Below, in pieces: positions 14,083-27,741 of a stretch of 64,000 nucleotides of DNA. The DNA lies in assembly GCA_038496445.1 (NCBI GenBank), contig JALMLS010000277.1:186001-250000 (forward strand), in the 5' to 3' direction. Under the pieces are notes generated by a model that saw only the letters and a list, made by a program, of their open reading frames with translations, was not told the origin of the DNA and ran no database searches. The position numbers and the translations under genes are program-made. Position 1 is the first letter of the stretch. Each line of letters opens with the position of its first letter. This DNA is from Trichosphaerium sp. ATCC 40318 (lineage: Eukaryota; Protista; Tubulinea).

Positions 14083-15198
14083 TACCAACCTAATACTTGC
14101 TTTAAATAAAGCCCCTCACTTCATCAATTGTTTTTTTCTTCTATGCATTTTTACTCTCTTTTTTTGTTTGTACTTGTAATGGGTACAAACAATTCTCGTT
14201 CACAGTTATACTTGTTCATTGGAGATATAGTTACTTCGTGCTACACAAAAAATTTAGCTAAAGTACAGTACTGGTTGTATTGACTTGTCATAATGCTTGT
14301 TGCCCTTTACACCAATATTAGCCATCAGAGGATGATGTAAATACAAGCGCTAACATCACGTTCGCTAACAGATAATTCATTGTAAGCAACACCTAGTTTT
14401 AAAGGCAAGCTTCTATGGAATCGTTCTACCTCAAGATAACACGATACACTTTATTTCATTCGTCAAATACTGGATAGTAGTGAAATACTACATCACTAAT
14501 GTCACACAACACAATTGTGTTGTATTAAGTATTTATGGCAACTTTACACATCATTTAAAACTTGATTGTAGTTTCCAGTACTGCGTAACACTACCAAGGC
14601 CAAGTACCAGATTTTTAAAGTACACGCGTGATTACGAAAGTAATTGTATTTATATTACAGAAGCTAAGAATAATTAGAAGAACAACATAGGGTGCAACAG
14701 TTTAGCTAAAAATTATCTATTCAGAAAAAAACACAGACGTCAGAAATCTGACAGCATTCCCATATGTATAGTAGATTCAATCGAATAAATTGACCATTTA
14801 CAAGCGCACACATATTGCCAACCAAGTCGAGAGAGCCATGGATCCTAAAAGGAGTTGAATCCAATATTCAATGAACTTTTCCTCTAAAAAGCACAAAAGT
14901 GATTTATGGCTTTAAACGCTCTGCAGGTATTAGGAAAATATTTGCGACTCATGTGTATTTCTAATCCTGCGCTACCTACACGTGTATTCGGCGAAGGTGA
15001 GGTTTAATGAAAACCCGATGACCTGACCCTAAAAAAAGCCCCTATGTATTGTGGTATTAGGCTAACCACGCCGTACTTATTTCTAAGCACTCACACCCAG
15101 TTATTAACAATCAAGTTAGTCGAACACAAATCCAATCAAACCCAACAACTTAACATACCTATTATTATCAAAACATACGAATATCAAAGCAACACGTA

Positions 15199-15993
15199 AT
15201 GACTGTCTCTAACATACTACTATCTCTTTCCCTTCTTGTTTGCCTTGCTTTCATTTATGCCGACACTTATGCTTACAACGCACTGGTCACTGGTTCAACT
15301 CTAACATGCTCTGGTTGTCGAAAGGACATGCATGCCGGTCGGTTTGTTTACTGTAATGGCAACATCGCTGGATCAACAGTTACCCATTGTGACTGGGTAG
15401 GAGGACCTGGAGAGTGCTCATTCACTCGAGACTTTTCTGTTTCAAAGGTTCAATGCCAAGAAATGTGCGACAACGACCCACGATGCGGATACTACACCAT
15501 CTACGATGACGTTACCTGTAATCTGTTTTACATGACAAGTTGTAACCTCGTACACGGTGGCGCTATTGGAGATACATACGCGAAGGCAGGACTGGTAATG
15601 GATGCACGCGAAGATACCTTCATTGTGACTCAGACAACGAATGGAGCAAACGATGGTACTGACGCACCAATTAAATACAGATACATCTACACCGATGGTT
15701 CCAAGTCAGCATGGAGCGACCACGTCGATGACCCAAACAGAAACGACTACCAAGAAGGTGCTCGAGATTACTTCTACATGAGAGATCAACCATCAAAGGA
15801 CCCAAACAAAGTATTGGATGGCGTAGAGCTGTACATTCTTGGTAACGATGGATGGAAGTTTTCTGAAATCTACATCTACAATTCTTACTTGTTCTGTTGG
15901 ACTGGTACTGAAGCCATTGACGGTAACGGTAGTGGTGGTCCAAGTGCTATTCTGACAAACAATGGAAACTGCGACATCGCATGTACCAACTAG
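15199..15993 (+). CDS. Secreted Cys-rich/PAN-Apple-like + PLAT/LH2 protein (intronless paralog)
   Basis: Signal peptide, then a ~114-aa Cys-rich insert (QCQEMCDNDPRCGYYT..CNLF), then a PLAT domain nearly identical to 13630..14082. Confidence 0.8.
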   Translation: MTVSNILLSLSLLVCLAFIYADTYAYNALVTGSTLTCSGCRKDMHAGRFVYCNGNIAGSTVTHCDWVGGPGECSFTRDFSVSKVQCQEMCDNDPRCGYYTIYDDVTCNLFYMTSCNLVHGGAIGDTYAKAGLVMDAREDTFIVTQTTNGANDGTDAPIKYRYIYTDGSKSAWSDHVDDPNRNDYQEGARDYFYMRDQPSKDPNKVLDGVELYILGNDGWKFSEIYIYNSYLFCWTGTEAIDGNGSGGPSAILTNNGNCDIACTN

Positions 15994-16301
15994 TACCCTA
16001 ATACTTGCTTTAAATAAAGCCCCTCACTTCATCAATTTGTTTTTTGTTTCAATTTTTGTTTTTTTTTTGTCAAATCATTCTCTTTCACAATTTTTCTATT
16101 TTTCGTTTTTTTTAAAATACCTCTCTGCAAGTTAGTAACCTTGTCGTATTAACAACGTTAACAAAGACAATGCTCCCCGATAATACAGTTGCTATAATTT
16201 GGCGCTCACAAACCAACACTCTGGTTAGCATTGAAATTTTTTACTGCTCATTACAATTACAACCAAAGGAACGTGATACAAATCTGTATTTTGTTAACGC
16301 T

Positions 16302-19300
16302 TCACAAGGCTTCTTGAAGACCTTTATACCCACTGTTATCTGGGTCAACAGGATGTTTAAACTCTGTTTTACCAAAGTTCACTACACCCTCTGATCTTTT
16401 AAGTTGGCATGAGAAAGAAATACCAGGTCTAACACCACGTTCTCCAACAGCAAAATCTTTGTAAGCGATGCCTGAAAAAAAAAACCAATAAGTCTCCACA
16501 ACAGAGAAAAAGAAAGAAAAGATCGTCTATAGGTTAATTGCATTGTCATATTGGGCGTATAAATAGAAAATCATTGTATACTCTCTTTGTTAAATAAAGA
16601 GAATCAACGTCGTTGACAATGAGCTTGGAGGTTGGCTTGCGCAAGTTGAACCCTTCACTTTCACTTTCGAAAACTACATGTTAATTTAGACGTACCCAAG
16701 TCCTTTCCATTTATACCGAACTTCATTATCTTATTATCTAGATCAATCCAGCATTGTATAATATCACCTTTCTTCCATTTTTTTTCTGAAACAAGAGAAG
16801 TGTCAGTTTCTTTTTTTTCTGTCACAAAAAGACATTTTTTTCTTTGTTGTAAAATTCTGGATGAAATAACGGACCTTGTGTTCCATAAGGCTTTGGGTTT
16901 GTATGCCATATTTGTTTACGGTTTAAATCAACAGCCCATGAGTGCATATCATCGCCAACACCAGAACCCCAACTTGAAGAAGTAGTTCCATGGTATTTTT
17001 CAGTTGCCCAACCTGTGTTGCCAATTAATAACATTCTTGAAATCACGTGACAAAAAAAAACGACTGTACCGATTTGCATGATTTCGTTTGTTAGAATCTC
17101 AACTTCATAGTACCTAAAACGAAAGGTTAACCTAGAATAATACGAAGAAGAATTTTGAAAACATTTTTTTTGTACCATTTCCCTTCTTTAACAAAGATAC
17201 TTCCAAAGCAAGTATCAAACTGCTCACAGTTTGTACAAAACCTTAAACCATCTGTTGCCACCACTTGAAATGGTGTATGAGATATTAAGTGGACATCTGT
17301 TTTTGGATTGAACTCGGTAATACCTGTGAACTAACTTAACTCTGCACTACAACAAAGTGTTTCATCATTCCAAAAAAAAAAAGACGAGGGTGGGATTGTT
17401 ACCTTTCGTTACTTTCGTTAACGAATGTACCCATGGTTGTATCTTCTTATGGTACTGCATTGATGATAATAGAATATCTGTAATCTTTATAAGATCCTAA
17501 TTAAACAAAGGCGTTAACTGAAAGGAAAGTACCAGCCTCTTAGGTTGTTAAGTTTGGTACCTCTGATTTCAAAGCGCGAACTGATGGATAGGACCAAAGG
17601 CGATGTGTAGCAAATAGTATTCGATGAAATAGTTTCTCATCCTTGGTTATAGCCACATACTTTCTTAGGCACTTCAGTGCACCATGTTTTATTACAGAAA
17701 CAGCTGTACTTTCTACAAAAAAGTGAAAAAAAAAGTATGAACAGAAAAAACCTCTCAGTTTTGATTTGTTGATGGTTGATTCCATCAACCTTACATACCT
17801 TTGTAGAAAAACGAAACTAGCATCAGTAATGATAAGAACCAATCCTCTTGTTTTTTTGAAGATAACTCCTCACAGACAGCACGTTGTAGATCATCTAAGA
17901 AGAGGTGTCAAAAAACAATGATAAAAAAATGAGAAAAGCGAGTGGGATTGGGCACCATAGTCAGCGTAGCAAAAGAGAAGCTCTTGAATATTATCAAAAA
18001 TATATGTAGCATTTTTTATGGACATATCAAGTCTAATTAATGCTTCTAAATGTTTTAATCCACCTCTCTTTACGAATTCTTCTTTTGCAAATTCTAAACC
18101 AAAAACCGTTTAATTACAGAACAAATCAAACCTCTTTTAGCTTACCACTACGACCTACAAGGAAGCATAGTATTCCAGATACTTCATCACTTTGAGGCAT
18201 CTTTTCTAGAAGTACAAAACTTCTCTCAAATCCACGTTCATTGACAAAACGAACAGCGTTTTCTTCTAAAAGATGTTTAGTGGGTATTTGTCTTTCTTTT
18301 TTTTTTAGACATCAGTACCACTCCATGAAAAATACTTTATCATAGTGTGAGTGTATCCCACTGTTTCGTCCTTGGCATTATTTTCAACCAAGTAATCACG
18401 AATATCCAAAAGTTTAGCAACAACATCATTATCCTTGATATCTTGAAATAAAAGTTGAGTATAAAGTAAGAAAATAACAAGATTTTTAAACGAATGCAAA
18501 GGATTCCTTCACTTCAAAAACCCAACTTTTATAATGGTTATGTATATAGGACATACGTTCTAAGTGAATATCTTCTCCAGAACCATTATCCACAAGAGAG
18601 TCATAGCACTCCAGTAACTTAAAAGTGACAATGAGATTACTTTTTATACAGAAAGCCGTACAACGCCAACAGTTGGTATGTCCTTGTAATGTCGTAGAGT
18701 TGATTGTAGAATAACATCACAGCATTCAGTCGTTGTAAGCTCTTGCTCACTTATTTTATCATCGATATCGTCGTTGTCATAAGCAATGTGATTAATTGCG
18801 AATGCGCCTGCGGCCTAGGTTGTAAAAATTAGAAAGAAAAATATTTTCATTGTGCTCTTTTACCTGTACTCTTAAATTATCATTGTGTGTCTTCATCAGA
18901 TCTAATAATATATCTACAACTTCTCTAGACTGTATACGGGCGACATCCTGGTTGTAGACTGCAAGAAAAGAAAACGATTTAATTTTGAAAAAAAGTTGAA
19001 TCAAAAAGAAAAGTTGTGTTTAGTACTTACTACCACAAAGGAAACAGAATCCACCAATAGTATAGCACATAGAACTTACTACATCAGGATCTTTGCTTTC
19101 TTTTAATTTATTGATAATGGTGGTAATTACTAAGGAGAAACAGTAAGTGGGAAAGCTTACGTATCTGATAATCTATTCGTACACTCAGAGTCTTTTATAT
19201 TGATATAAATGTTATCATCACCAAATTCTATTGACTTGAACTCAGGATCTAATACAAAACCTTCAACCTAGAGAGATATATTTAAATACAAACCAAAGAA

Positions 19301-19382
19301 AGTTTTCATGCATTGTTTTAGAGTTTGAATAAAAAAAAAATACATTGGCTTTTGTGAACGTTTCAGCTATCTTTGGAAACAT
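16302..19382 (-). CDS. ARM-like helical repeat + C-terminal SPRY/B30.2 protein (possibly the 3' part of the upstream F-box gene)
   Basis: SPRY motifs YYEVEILTNEIMQIGWAT..GVGDDMHSWAVD..WKKGDIIQCWIDLD..VVNFG; helical N-terminal exons. Confidence 0.78.
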
Positions 19383-20636
19383 CCAAAAACAGAAAAGCTT
19401 CACCACTATGATACACAATATTGTTTTGTATCTAAGGTTAAAAAGAGAAAATTATAAGGTTTGTTCGTACTTCGCAGTGGTAAAAGTAACTTTGTGACCC
19501 CTTTTCAATTTGTAAATGCTGTCCATTACTTGTTTCATTATTAAACACGCAAGTGTGGAAAGCACAACAACCATTTTCTTTAATAATAGCTTCATCATAT
19601 GAAAATTCAACGCCACAAACAATACCAGAAGGCGCATGCCATATGATATCAGACAACACTACCAAAATTAATAAACAAACCATTTTGTTTCAAAAAATTA
19701 AACACCAGTACAAGAGTGTCACTCTTTTACCTGTTTTGAAGGCATCTGTAGTGTCTTTCGGGGCATCTCCAAGTATTATTAAACTCTTATTGACAGTCAT
19801 GGCGCTAAAGTACTCGTCTAAAGATCTTAGTAAGCAGGTGGTTTGGTTTCTTTTTTCTTCGCTTACCATCAGCATTAATGAAAAGCAAGTCACCTTCTGA
19901 GCATTCACTAACAGCTGTTTGGTGATCTATGAATACTCGTTTACGCCTAACAGGTGCTCCATCTCTTTTCTTGAACAAAAAGTCTTTGTCTCCGTTTGGA
20001 CCAACTGCTACAACGAATGTAGACTACAACAAAAACATGTGTTAATATTATAGTAGCTACACTTAACCAAAGAATTACAAACACGTGGTGCAACCACAGA
20101 AAATGGACAAATATCAATCGAAGTGTTTTATGTATGCGCACCACATGTCTGTATTTGTCTTTTGTAGTTAGCCATGTAAAAGCGTTACCATAGAAACTAT
20201 CGGATTGATATTCTCCTTTTATCAGAAACCTGTCTATTAGAGACGCTACTGTTGCTTCGTAGTTAATTTCTGCATCGCTTTCCTCTATTGAGGCCATGAA
20301 AGAGTTTAATACGGCCGTCCTACAGTCTTTAATCTTATTTTTTTGTGTTAAGCGTCAAAATGCGTGTTTAATGACATATTTATGCGTTACAAGCGTTATG
20401 GCATTCTGTCGTTTCAATTTGTGTTTGTAGCTCTTAAAACAGACATACCATATCTCATCAGTATCTCCTAGCTCGTTCCATAGTCTACAAACGCGTATAA
20501 CGGAACATAATGATGCTCCTTTAAGAAATCCGAATGTGTGGATCTGGTAGTTAATTTAGGCTTCATATTAAACGCAAGAACGTACTAGTAACTCGATTGG
20601 AAACCGTGAGAGGTCATATACGTACGACGATGACAT
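19363..20636 (-). CDS. F-box protein with beta-helix-like region
   Basis: DLSRFPIELL|IHTFGFL..LCSVIRVCRLWNELG..DEIW splices in frame to TAVLNSFMASIEE. The frame ends at TGA 19363-19365. An alternative start is possible at 20714. Confidence 0.7.
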
Positions 20637-20959
20637 TTTGGCCACTATTTGCTGAAAAACACTTAACTTACAGAAATGTACCAAAGGATACGACCTTGTT
20701 ACTTCTACAACCATAATTATGGCCTCTCGTATACATGTCAGATGGTTGGCGCCTTTTTTTGACCTATTAAGTCAACTAGACTAAACAATTGACACATCAC
20801 GTGCTTCAATACTCACTATGGCTTATGGTATACGACTCTGATTTTGTTGAACTGTCGAGCCAGTAGTGAGTGATGTGCAAAGCTCATAATTCACCAAAAT
20901 GTTTCAAAAAAAAACTGTGTCAGTTTCATGACTATTGTGTTTGCTGTTTAATAATGACA

Positions 20960-21667
20960 TTACAACATCCATTTGCGTCCACGGTAAAACCATGATAAGA
21001 AAAATAGTCCTGTCTGTAAAAGGTATTAGACATTAATCTTAAAAGGGAGAGTTTTGTAAAAATGTTAAGGTGTCTAGATATCTGACTGGCAGCGTTTATA
21101 CGCTATTGTACGCACGTAAAGTACAAAACCTATGATAATAAAGACAATTCCAGCTGCTTCCTTTCCAGACCTGAATATCCAAGCGCCGAAGTGAACAATG
21201 GTGATGATTGCGAGAACAAGCATACTGAGCATGTACTGTAAAGTTATGGAAAAAAAAAAATTGCAAAAAAAATGATCTGGGACGTCCATGGGCGGTTTGA
21301 CCCAGCGCTAGTTAGGATACGAACCAAATAAGCATTTTATTCTTCATAGCTGTTGCTACTATGCCAAATATACCGACTACTATCTGAAAGCAACCTATAG
21401 CGCTAGTTAATACTGTTTAAAATGCAAATAACAAACTTACCCGCAATGTACCCAAAAGGTGGCAGTTGACCCCCAAAGATAAGGTTGAGTACGCCAATGA
21501 ACTTGAAACTGTTATTTGGGACCGATAACGAGTTTAATCACAATACGTACAACTACCACAGCGCTACCTGCGAATAATAGCAATTCCATCCAGTTATAGC
21601 CAGCAACATTGATGCCGTTCACTGTTGCCTTTGCTGTTTCCTTAGCTACTTCACCTCCTGCTGACAT
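20960..21667 (-). CDS. Small multi-pass (about 4 TM, tetraspanin/MARVEL-like) membrane protein
   Basis: Hydrophobic exons splice in frame: ..IVVGIFGIVATAMKNKMLIWF|YMLSMLVLAIITIVHF..|TGLFFLSWFYRGRKWML*. Confidence 0.7.
21236..21320 (-). other. Probable U12-type GT-AG intron
   Basis: Donor GTATCCTAAC and branch-point-like TTTCCATAAC 7 nt before the end of the CAG acceptor; phase-0 join IWF|YML. Confidence 0.6.
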
Positions 21668-22196
21668 TTTTGTAAAATGGTAAGTGTATTTCTGACACGA
21701 ATTTTTTTTTGGCTTTAGTTAGAATTCCAAAAGTTTGAATTTCCTCTCTTGTACGCGATGGTAACTTACATTATATGAACTCTCTTAGTATTATCGTAAC
21801 CAAAGCTGACACATAATAAACCAATAAAAGCAAACCAAATTAAACACGTGACGAGTCTCGAAAAACGTTAAAGTAAAAACGCAATACTTGCAACAGGAGT
21901 ACAAACACAATTTTATTTCGTACTATCATATCTGGATTAATATTTCTACAACTGACCTTTAGGCATTACCCTTGCGTTCCGAAATTTTTATCCACCTTCT
22001 TTGAACTGCACACAAAATGCACAGTGGGTTTTTCCGTTTCTGATAAAACCTGCACACGGTCCATGAATACTGAGTAAAGGGTAATCTCAAATCGCGATAA
22101 CAAATCTCAGAAGCATTATTTGTTTCACGTACTTTGTGAATTATTCTGCAGTACCTCTTGGGTAGGAAGTACTTCCTTGCTAACGTGTTTAAAAAC

Positions 22197-25113
22197 ATGG
22201 AGATAATAAACACGAGGAGCTTCTCTACAAAAACTCTGATTGTAGACTCTAAAAACGACCAGTTAGGTACAAGCAGTCGCTCTATTCTACAAGAAAGAAT
22301 CTAATAAGAGCCCAGACACGATACTGAAACAAATTGCTTCTGACGACCAAGCGCGCGTCACAGTATGTGTGTCGTACTCAGGAGACATACAAGACTTTCT
22401 ACGCCCTATTATGTTTTATTTGATGGAACGTGAACTGAATATTTGCGTCATTACAGTGTCGTTCGCAGACTGTAACACCGTACTTCGCAAGCACGTTACA
22501 GCTTATTTTGAACATTCTTGCCTAATTGCTATTGTAGACTAAAATTTCTGAAACGCTCTACGCGCTTACAAGTATTTGTTACAAACGTTAAAGCCCGGAA
22601 ACTCTCCTCAAGAGTTGTACATGCAGTAATAAGTTTATGTAGTAAAGCTTTTCATAGCGCACCCATCATGGTACGTCCCTATATCTATTAAACAAGCGGA
22701 GAGATCTTTTTTTAATTTACACCAGGTCTACACGCCAAATATTTACCTCAAAAAACGTGTTTTTCTAGCGCACGAGAATTGCATTATATTTGATAAACAG
22801 AGCAACAGAGTAGCTGTAAGGTCTCAAAGAGATGATTTACGATTCCAAAGATTTTTTTCTCATGCTACCCTCCTGTGGGTACATGACGCTTTTTGGGAGG
22901 AAGGATTGTACGATAGCTTTAAAACAAGCCGGAAAAAAAGAATATCCATAATATTTACTCTGGCAGCTTTCTTATGTTCTGTTTAGTTATCCTTCCGTGT
23001 ACGTTGACACAGCATCTGTACTAAACCACCACGGAATTCGTGTGTTACCTTATCATAGTTGGAAGAAGGTCCCTTTTGCGCTAAAGTCTCCTAAGACCCA
23101 ACACCCTCTTCTGAGAATAATAGCCAGTAAGGACTCTTCTGTAGATCCTGTTATACACTTCAAAATGATACAGGTACCTCCATTAATAAGTTCAACAAAT
23201 CTATGATGGGTACAATTAATCGTTTACCGTTATAGGCTATTCGCGTTTGTTTACGGAAGCAAACACCTATTCTAGTGTTTACTCAAGACTTGTCAAAAAT
23301 TGAAATGGATATGTTTGATTTTCCGTATGTCAAAGCAACTGATGATATGGGTACAATGACTTGTCTCACGCAATCTAATTTGACATTTAAAAGGCGTTTT
23401 ACTTCAGTACGCACTCATGAAGCCAGTTCCATGGGCTCCTCGCACAAATCAAAAGTTTGAGATTGACACGGATGATTGGAGAGGTAGAATGACAGTACAT
23501 GATATTGTAGTGAACAATACGCATACAAGTAAGTTTAAAAAATAAGATACAAAGTTTCGAGACATCACGTGATTATCACGTGACACGACTAAGTTTCCAT
23601 TTTTATAAAATCTTAGGGTCAGGAAGTAGTAGATACTACTGTGTTGTTACTGTTCATGGTCAGGTCGCACGTGATTATAAAACAAGAGCTGCAGCGAACT
23701 CTGTTTTATCAACTTGGCGGGATCTTGATTGGACGATGTACGTTTTATTCTTGGTTGTCAGTTCAAACCTCTGAGAATGCTGTAGGGAAGTTGATGGACA
23801 AACTCAAGTTGATGTTACTGTTTATGCTGGTAGTAAGCGTGATTCACGTATGCTTGTTGGTGGTATCACGCTACATGTTTCGTAAGTAGTTTTGTTTAAT
23901 TTTTAAGTGTTTTATTATTTACAAACTGACGTTATTTTCTTTTGTTTAGGGACTTGCTGGAACTTTTACCGAACAAAGGACCACTATGTATTGAGCGTAC
24001 TTTTAAATTGATCAATAACGTTAAAAAAAAGAATAATGAAGTAAATGGTAAATAATTCAAGGCTGCCTTTAATCATCCACCTTCTGACTCTATTTACTAT
24101 AGGCACTGTGACTTTAACTACTCGTTTTGTTGATACAAGATATGAAGCTAAAACAAACTTATCAAAGAGGAAAAAACGTGCTCTTTCTGTTCGATGTAAT
24201 GAAAAAAAACACTACGAAAGTTTTTCTGACTTTTTTCTTAGCATCGAAGAGAAAGCGACGTTCAAGATCGGGCTCTATCATGTCTAGGAGACCAAAGGAT
24301 ATTTTAAGTAAAAAGAGAAATAAATCGCTTCAGCGTTACTTTGGATGTCCGCTTCAAGAAAGTGTATCGCGAGCATTAAGAGACGGTGTAACACCAGTAA
24401 TACAGGTACGAAAATTCTGATTATACACATTATTCATAAGACGCAAATAGGCTTGTTGCATTGCCTTGGAAAAGAAAGGATTCAATTTGGAAGGATTATT
24501 GAGAATACCTGGTCATAGAGAGCGTATTTATAAACTAAAGTATTACATCGAAACTGGTACAACGAGGGCTTTTGTTTTCTTTTGGAAAATTTTCTTCAAT
24601 GGAGCAACACTTACATTTACTATTAATAGGGGTGAATGTTAATCTTAGCCGTGAGGATCCTTTTGATATCGTGGGCCTTTTGAAGGAATACTTAAAGGAT
24701 TTACAAGGTTCTTTAATGCCACCTGTTCGTCTACAAAAGCTCCTGAATATAGGTAAGTTACGAGAAGAGTCTTTTCAGTTTTGTTCAAACTAAACATTGG
24801 TATAGATCTTCGATCCAAAAAAGCTGAAAAGCTTGTGAAGGATGAAATAGATTGTTTAAGTCCAGAGCATAGAGACGCATGGGATCAACTTATACGATAC
24901 TTCTTACACTTGGAAAGACATAAAGAAATCAACAAAATGACCTTCAAGAATATTGCTTTAAGCACTGTTGGAAGCTTATTTCCACCAAAGGCTTCACTCA
25001 AACCTGACGAGGTACAACTGGCCATGACTAGATGTACAATGCTCCTTCAATTCATGTTAGTACACGCCCAAGTATTATTCTCAAAAGCAAACACAACACT
25101 CCGCGTGCCATGA
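22197..25113 (+). CDS. C2 + RhoGAP domain protein
   Basis: C2-like YYCVVTVHGQ..YKTR; RhoGAP YFGCPL, arginine finger EGLLRIPG, GLLKEYLKDL, INKMTFKNIA. The N-terminal exons are uncertain. Confidence 0.8.
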
Positions 25114-25298
25114 AGCGTAAGATTTTTCAAAATTCGAAAAAGGTAAAAAAAAATAATAATAAAACCATATTTGTACATAAAACACGTCTGCCTTGACTTG
25201 CAACGACGAAGCAAAAACAGGCTGGCTGATAAACGATTTTAAACCTACATACATTGATCTATACTGTCAAATTCAATGATCTACGCCAAATATCACAT

Positions 25299-27741
25299 AT
25301 GAGCGTTGTTGCGCGTAATATACGCATGTTTAACGTTAATTGTTGACGATTTTAGGGACAAAACTTCCTTCACACTATTGGCGTAGTGCTAACAACCGAC
25401 GTGAAGCGTTAGAGCGCTATGGGGAGCAATTAGGCTTAAAAGAACTTGACGGTTGGTACAAAGTACAAAATAAACAAATTGTGTCCATAGGAGGCAGTAC
25501 ACTGCTACAATCGTACGAAATATAACCTAACAGCGTACAATACACTTAATTGTTTCAGGTATGGCGGTTCTTTATCTAGAATGGTCCAAGAGAACTTTCC
25601 AGAGCATTCTTGGGCTCACTGGAAGCACGAGTAAGCTATACAAAGTCAAAAAACTGCAAACACTCAACTGTTTATTTAGTATCGCGCCAAATCACTCCTG
25701 GGATGATATAGCTAACCAACTCCAAAAATTCAATGACATTGCACGTGCTTTGAATATTAAACTACTTGACGATTGGTATAACGTAAACCTTGTTGATGTG
25801 AAGGATCTAGGTGGCAAGGGTATCATATCTAGGTACCACCTCGACAACAGAATCCGTGCACGTGTCCACACTTGCGTATTCTGTTTTTTTTCTTTTTCGA
25901 ATCAACACAGTCTATTGTTTACTCTCTTCTAGGTATGGGTCACTGCCTCACTCCCTGACGAGTTTATATCCCAATCACGATTGGAATGTTAGTATTTTAA
26001 AGTACGACAACAAGCGCCAAGGAAATTTTTTAGATTAGTTGATAATAATGAATGCGTTTTTAGTAAGACCTCATTGAGATTTTGGAGCGATGATTTTGCC
26101 GATAAAATTGAAACTATAGGATCAACTCTTGGTATCAAGGTACTAGATGATTGGTATAATGTGAATAGAAGAGATTTTCAAGCATTTGTTGGTAGTCTAA
26201 GTATGCTTCAAAGGTAAGACGTAAAACAAAAAAAAAAAAGACTACTAAAAGTGCTTTTTTTAGCTTGGATGGTTCCATCCAGAAAATACTTGAATTCATA
26301 TTTCCGAATCATAACTGGGTTTCATGGAAGTTTAAGTACGTAATTCATCACTGGTTTTCAAACAATACGTTTAATGAAGAAAACACTAATGTATGAGGAA
26401 TAAAGTAAAACATCTTCTGGTTTTTGGGAGAATATTGAATTCCAAAGACAACTTCTTGATGAAATTGGTGAACATCTGGACTTCAAAATACTTGATGATT
26501 GGTTTTCCGTAAACTACTCAGATATAATTAAAAACGGAGGAAGTACAATAATGGCAAGGTAAGTGACAACACCACAGTCGGATTTTGAAAAAAAATTAGG
26601 TTTGCGAATTCTCCTTCAGCCCTCTTAGAGACAATCTATCCAAACCACACGTGGACAAGGTGGAAATTTAGGTACGAGATGTTTTTCTTTTGATTCCATT
26701 AATCATCTTGGCTTCGATGATCTAACTTTGTGGCTGTTAGACGAACACCGCACCATGTTTTCGATGCTGAAGAGTTACAAACAACAAAATTAGACTCTGT
26801 TGGTAAAAAACTTGGTATCAAAACTTTTGATGGATGGTATAATGTTGGTAAAGCAAAAGTAACACATAATGGTGGCGGAGCTATCATGGAACGGTAAACA
26901 ACTATTTTCTTTGTTGAAAAAAAAATCCCAAAAATCCTGAAACCCTCTGTCCTTTATTTCCTCTTTTCCTAAAAGGTTTTGTTTCTAGTTATGAAGGCCC
27001 AATAGTAAATGTATTAAAGAAGCTTTTTCCAGAATATAAATGGCTTGATTGGCGTTTCAGGTATGACTCTAATCTCAACAGTTCACTTTAGTTAAATCGA
27101 GAATTTTCAAATCGAAAACGATTAGCTCCTGTTCTAATCTCTTTATCTAGAAAATCTATTAAAAAGGTCAGAGTAAATAGAGGCGTTTGGCAAATCAAAT
27201 CAGTTCAACGAGATTTTCTTAAACAAGCAGGAAAAGCTTTTACAATCAACTCTCCTGAAGATTGGTACCTAATCTTATTCTTATTCCAGTGCGGCATAGA
27301 GCCCACAGTTAAAGCCAATTTACCAAAATAACATAAAGCTATCTCATCACATACGTTAACACATTAACTGAACCAGCATTGCCGGGCTTATTGCTACATT
27401 GACGGATCAATTGTTTTGTTAGCTAAAACATGTTTTTTTAAGATTAGACTATTTTGTTTGTGGACTAACACTTTTACTAATAGGTACCGTATTTCGGCAG
27501 CACAATTAAGCTGTATTGGTGGATCTGGTATTAGTCAATATTATCCAGGAATATTAAGACTCATTGAGCCTAATTACACTTGGGATTGGAGTAAATTCTC
27601 TCATTTTACAAAAAAATCACAGCAAAGGTATTAATTGATACACAGCATTATAAACTATTCTTACGTTTAATGTGTAGATGGCTTGTAGAGCATGCGAAGA
27701 AGTTACTTATAAAGGAAGCTTTCATAATACAAAACACGTAA
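25299..27741 (+). CDS. Trp-rich tandem-repeat protein (about 6 repeats of ~65-70 aa)
   Basis: Repeat consensus P..YW....N....L..IG..L.IK.LD.WY.V.......GG..I..RYG.S.....YP.H.W..WKF. Start and end exons are approximate. Confidence 0.75.

Larger units (their letters stand above)
12800..16040 (+). repeat. Tandem duplication (units ~12800-14140 and ~14650-16040) including upstream DNA and 3' UTR
   Basis: Shared blocks ataaattgaccatttacaag and gagagccatggatcctaaaaggagttga, an identical 85-nt block (13398-13482 = 14981-15065), near-identical CDS ends, and shared 3' UTR ctaatacttgctttaaataaagcccctcacttcatcaatt. Boundaries are approximate. Confidence 0.9.

Noticed and set aside
20652-20691. GTATCCTT on the minus strand upstream of the F-box gene as a U12 donor
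   Set aside because: No U12 branch point, and its use gives an in-frame stop; a GTAACA donor fits better.
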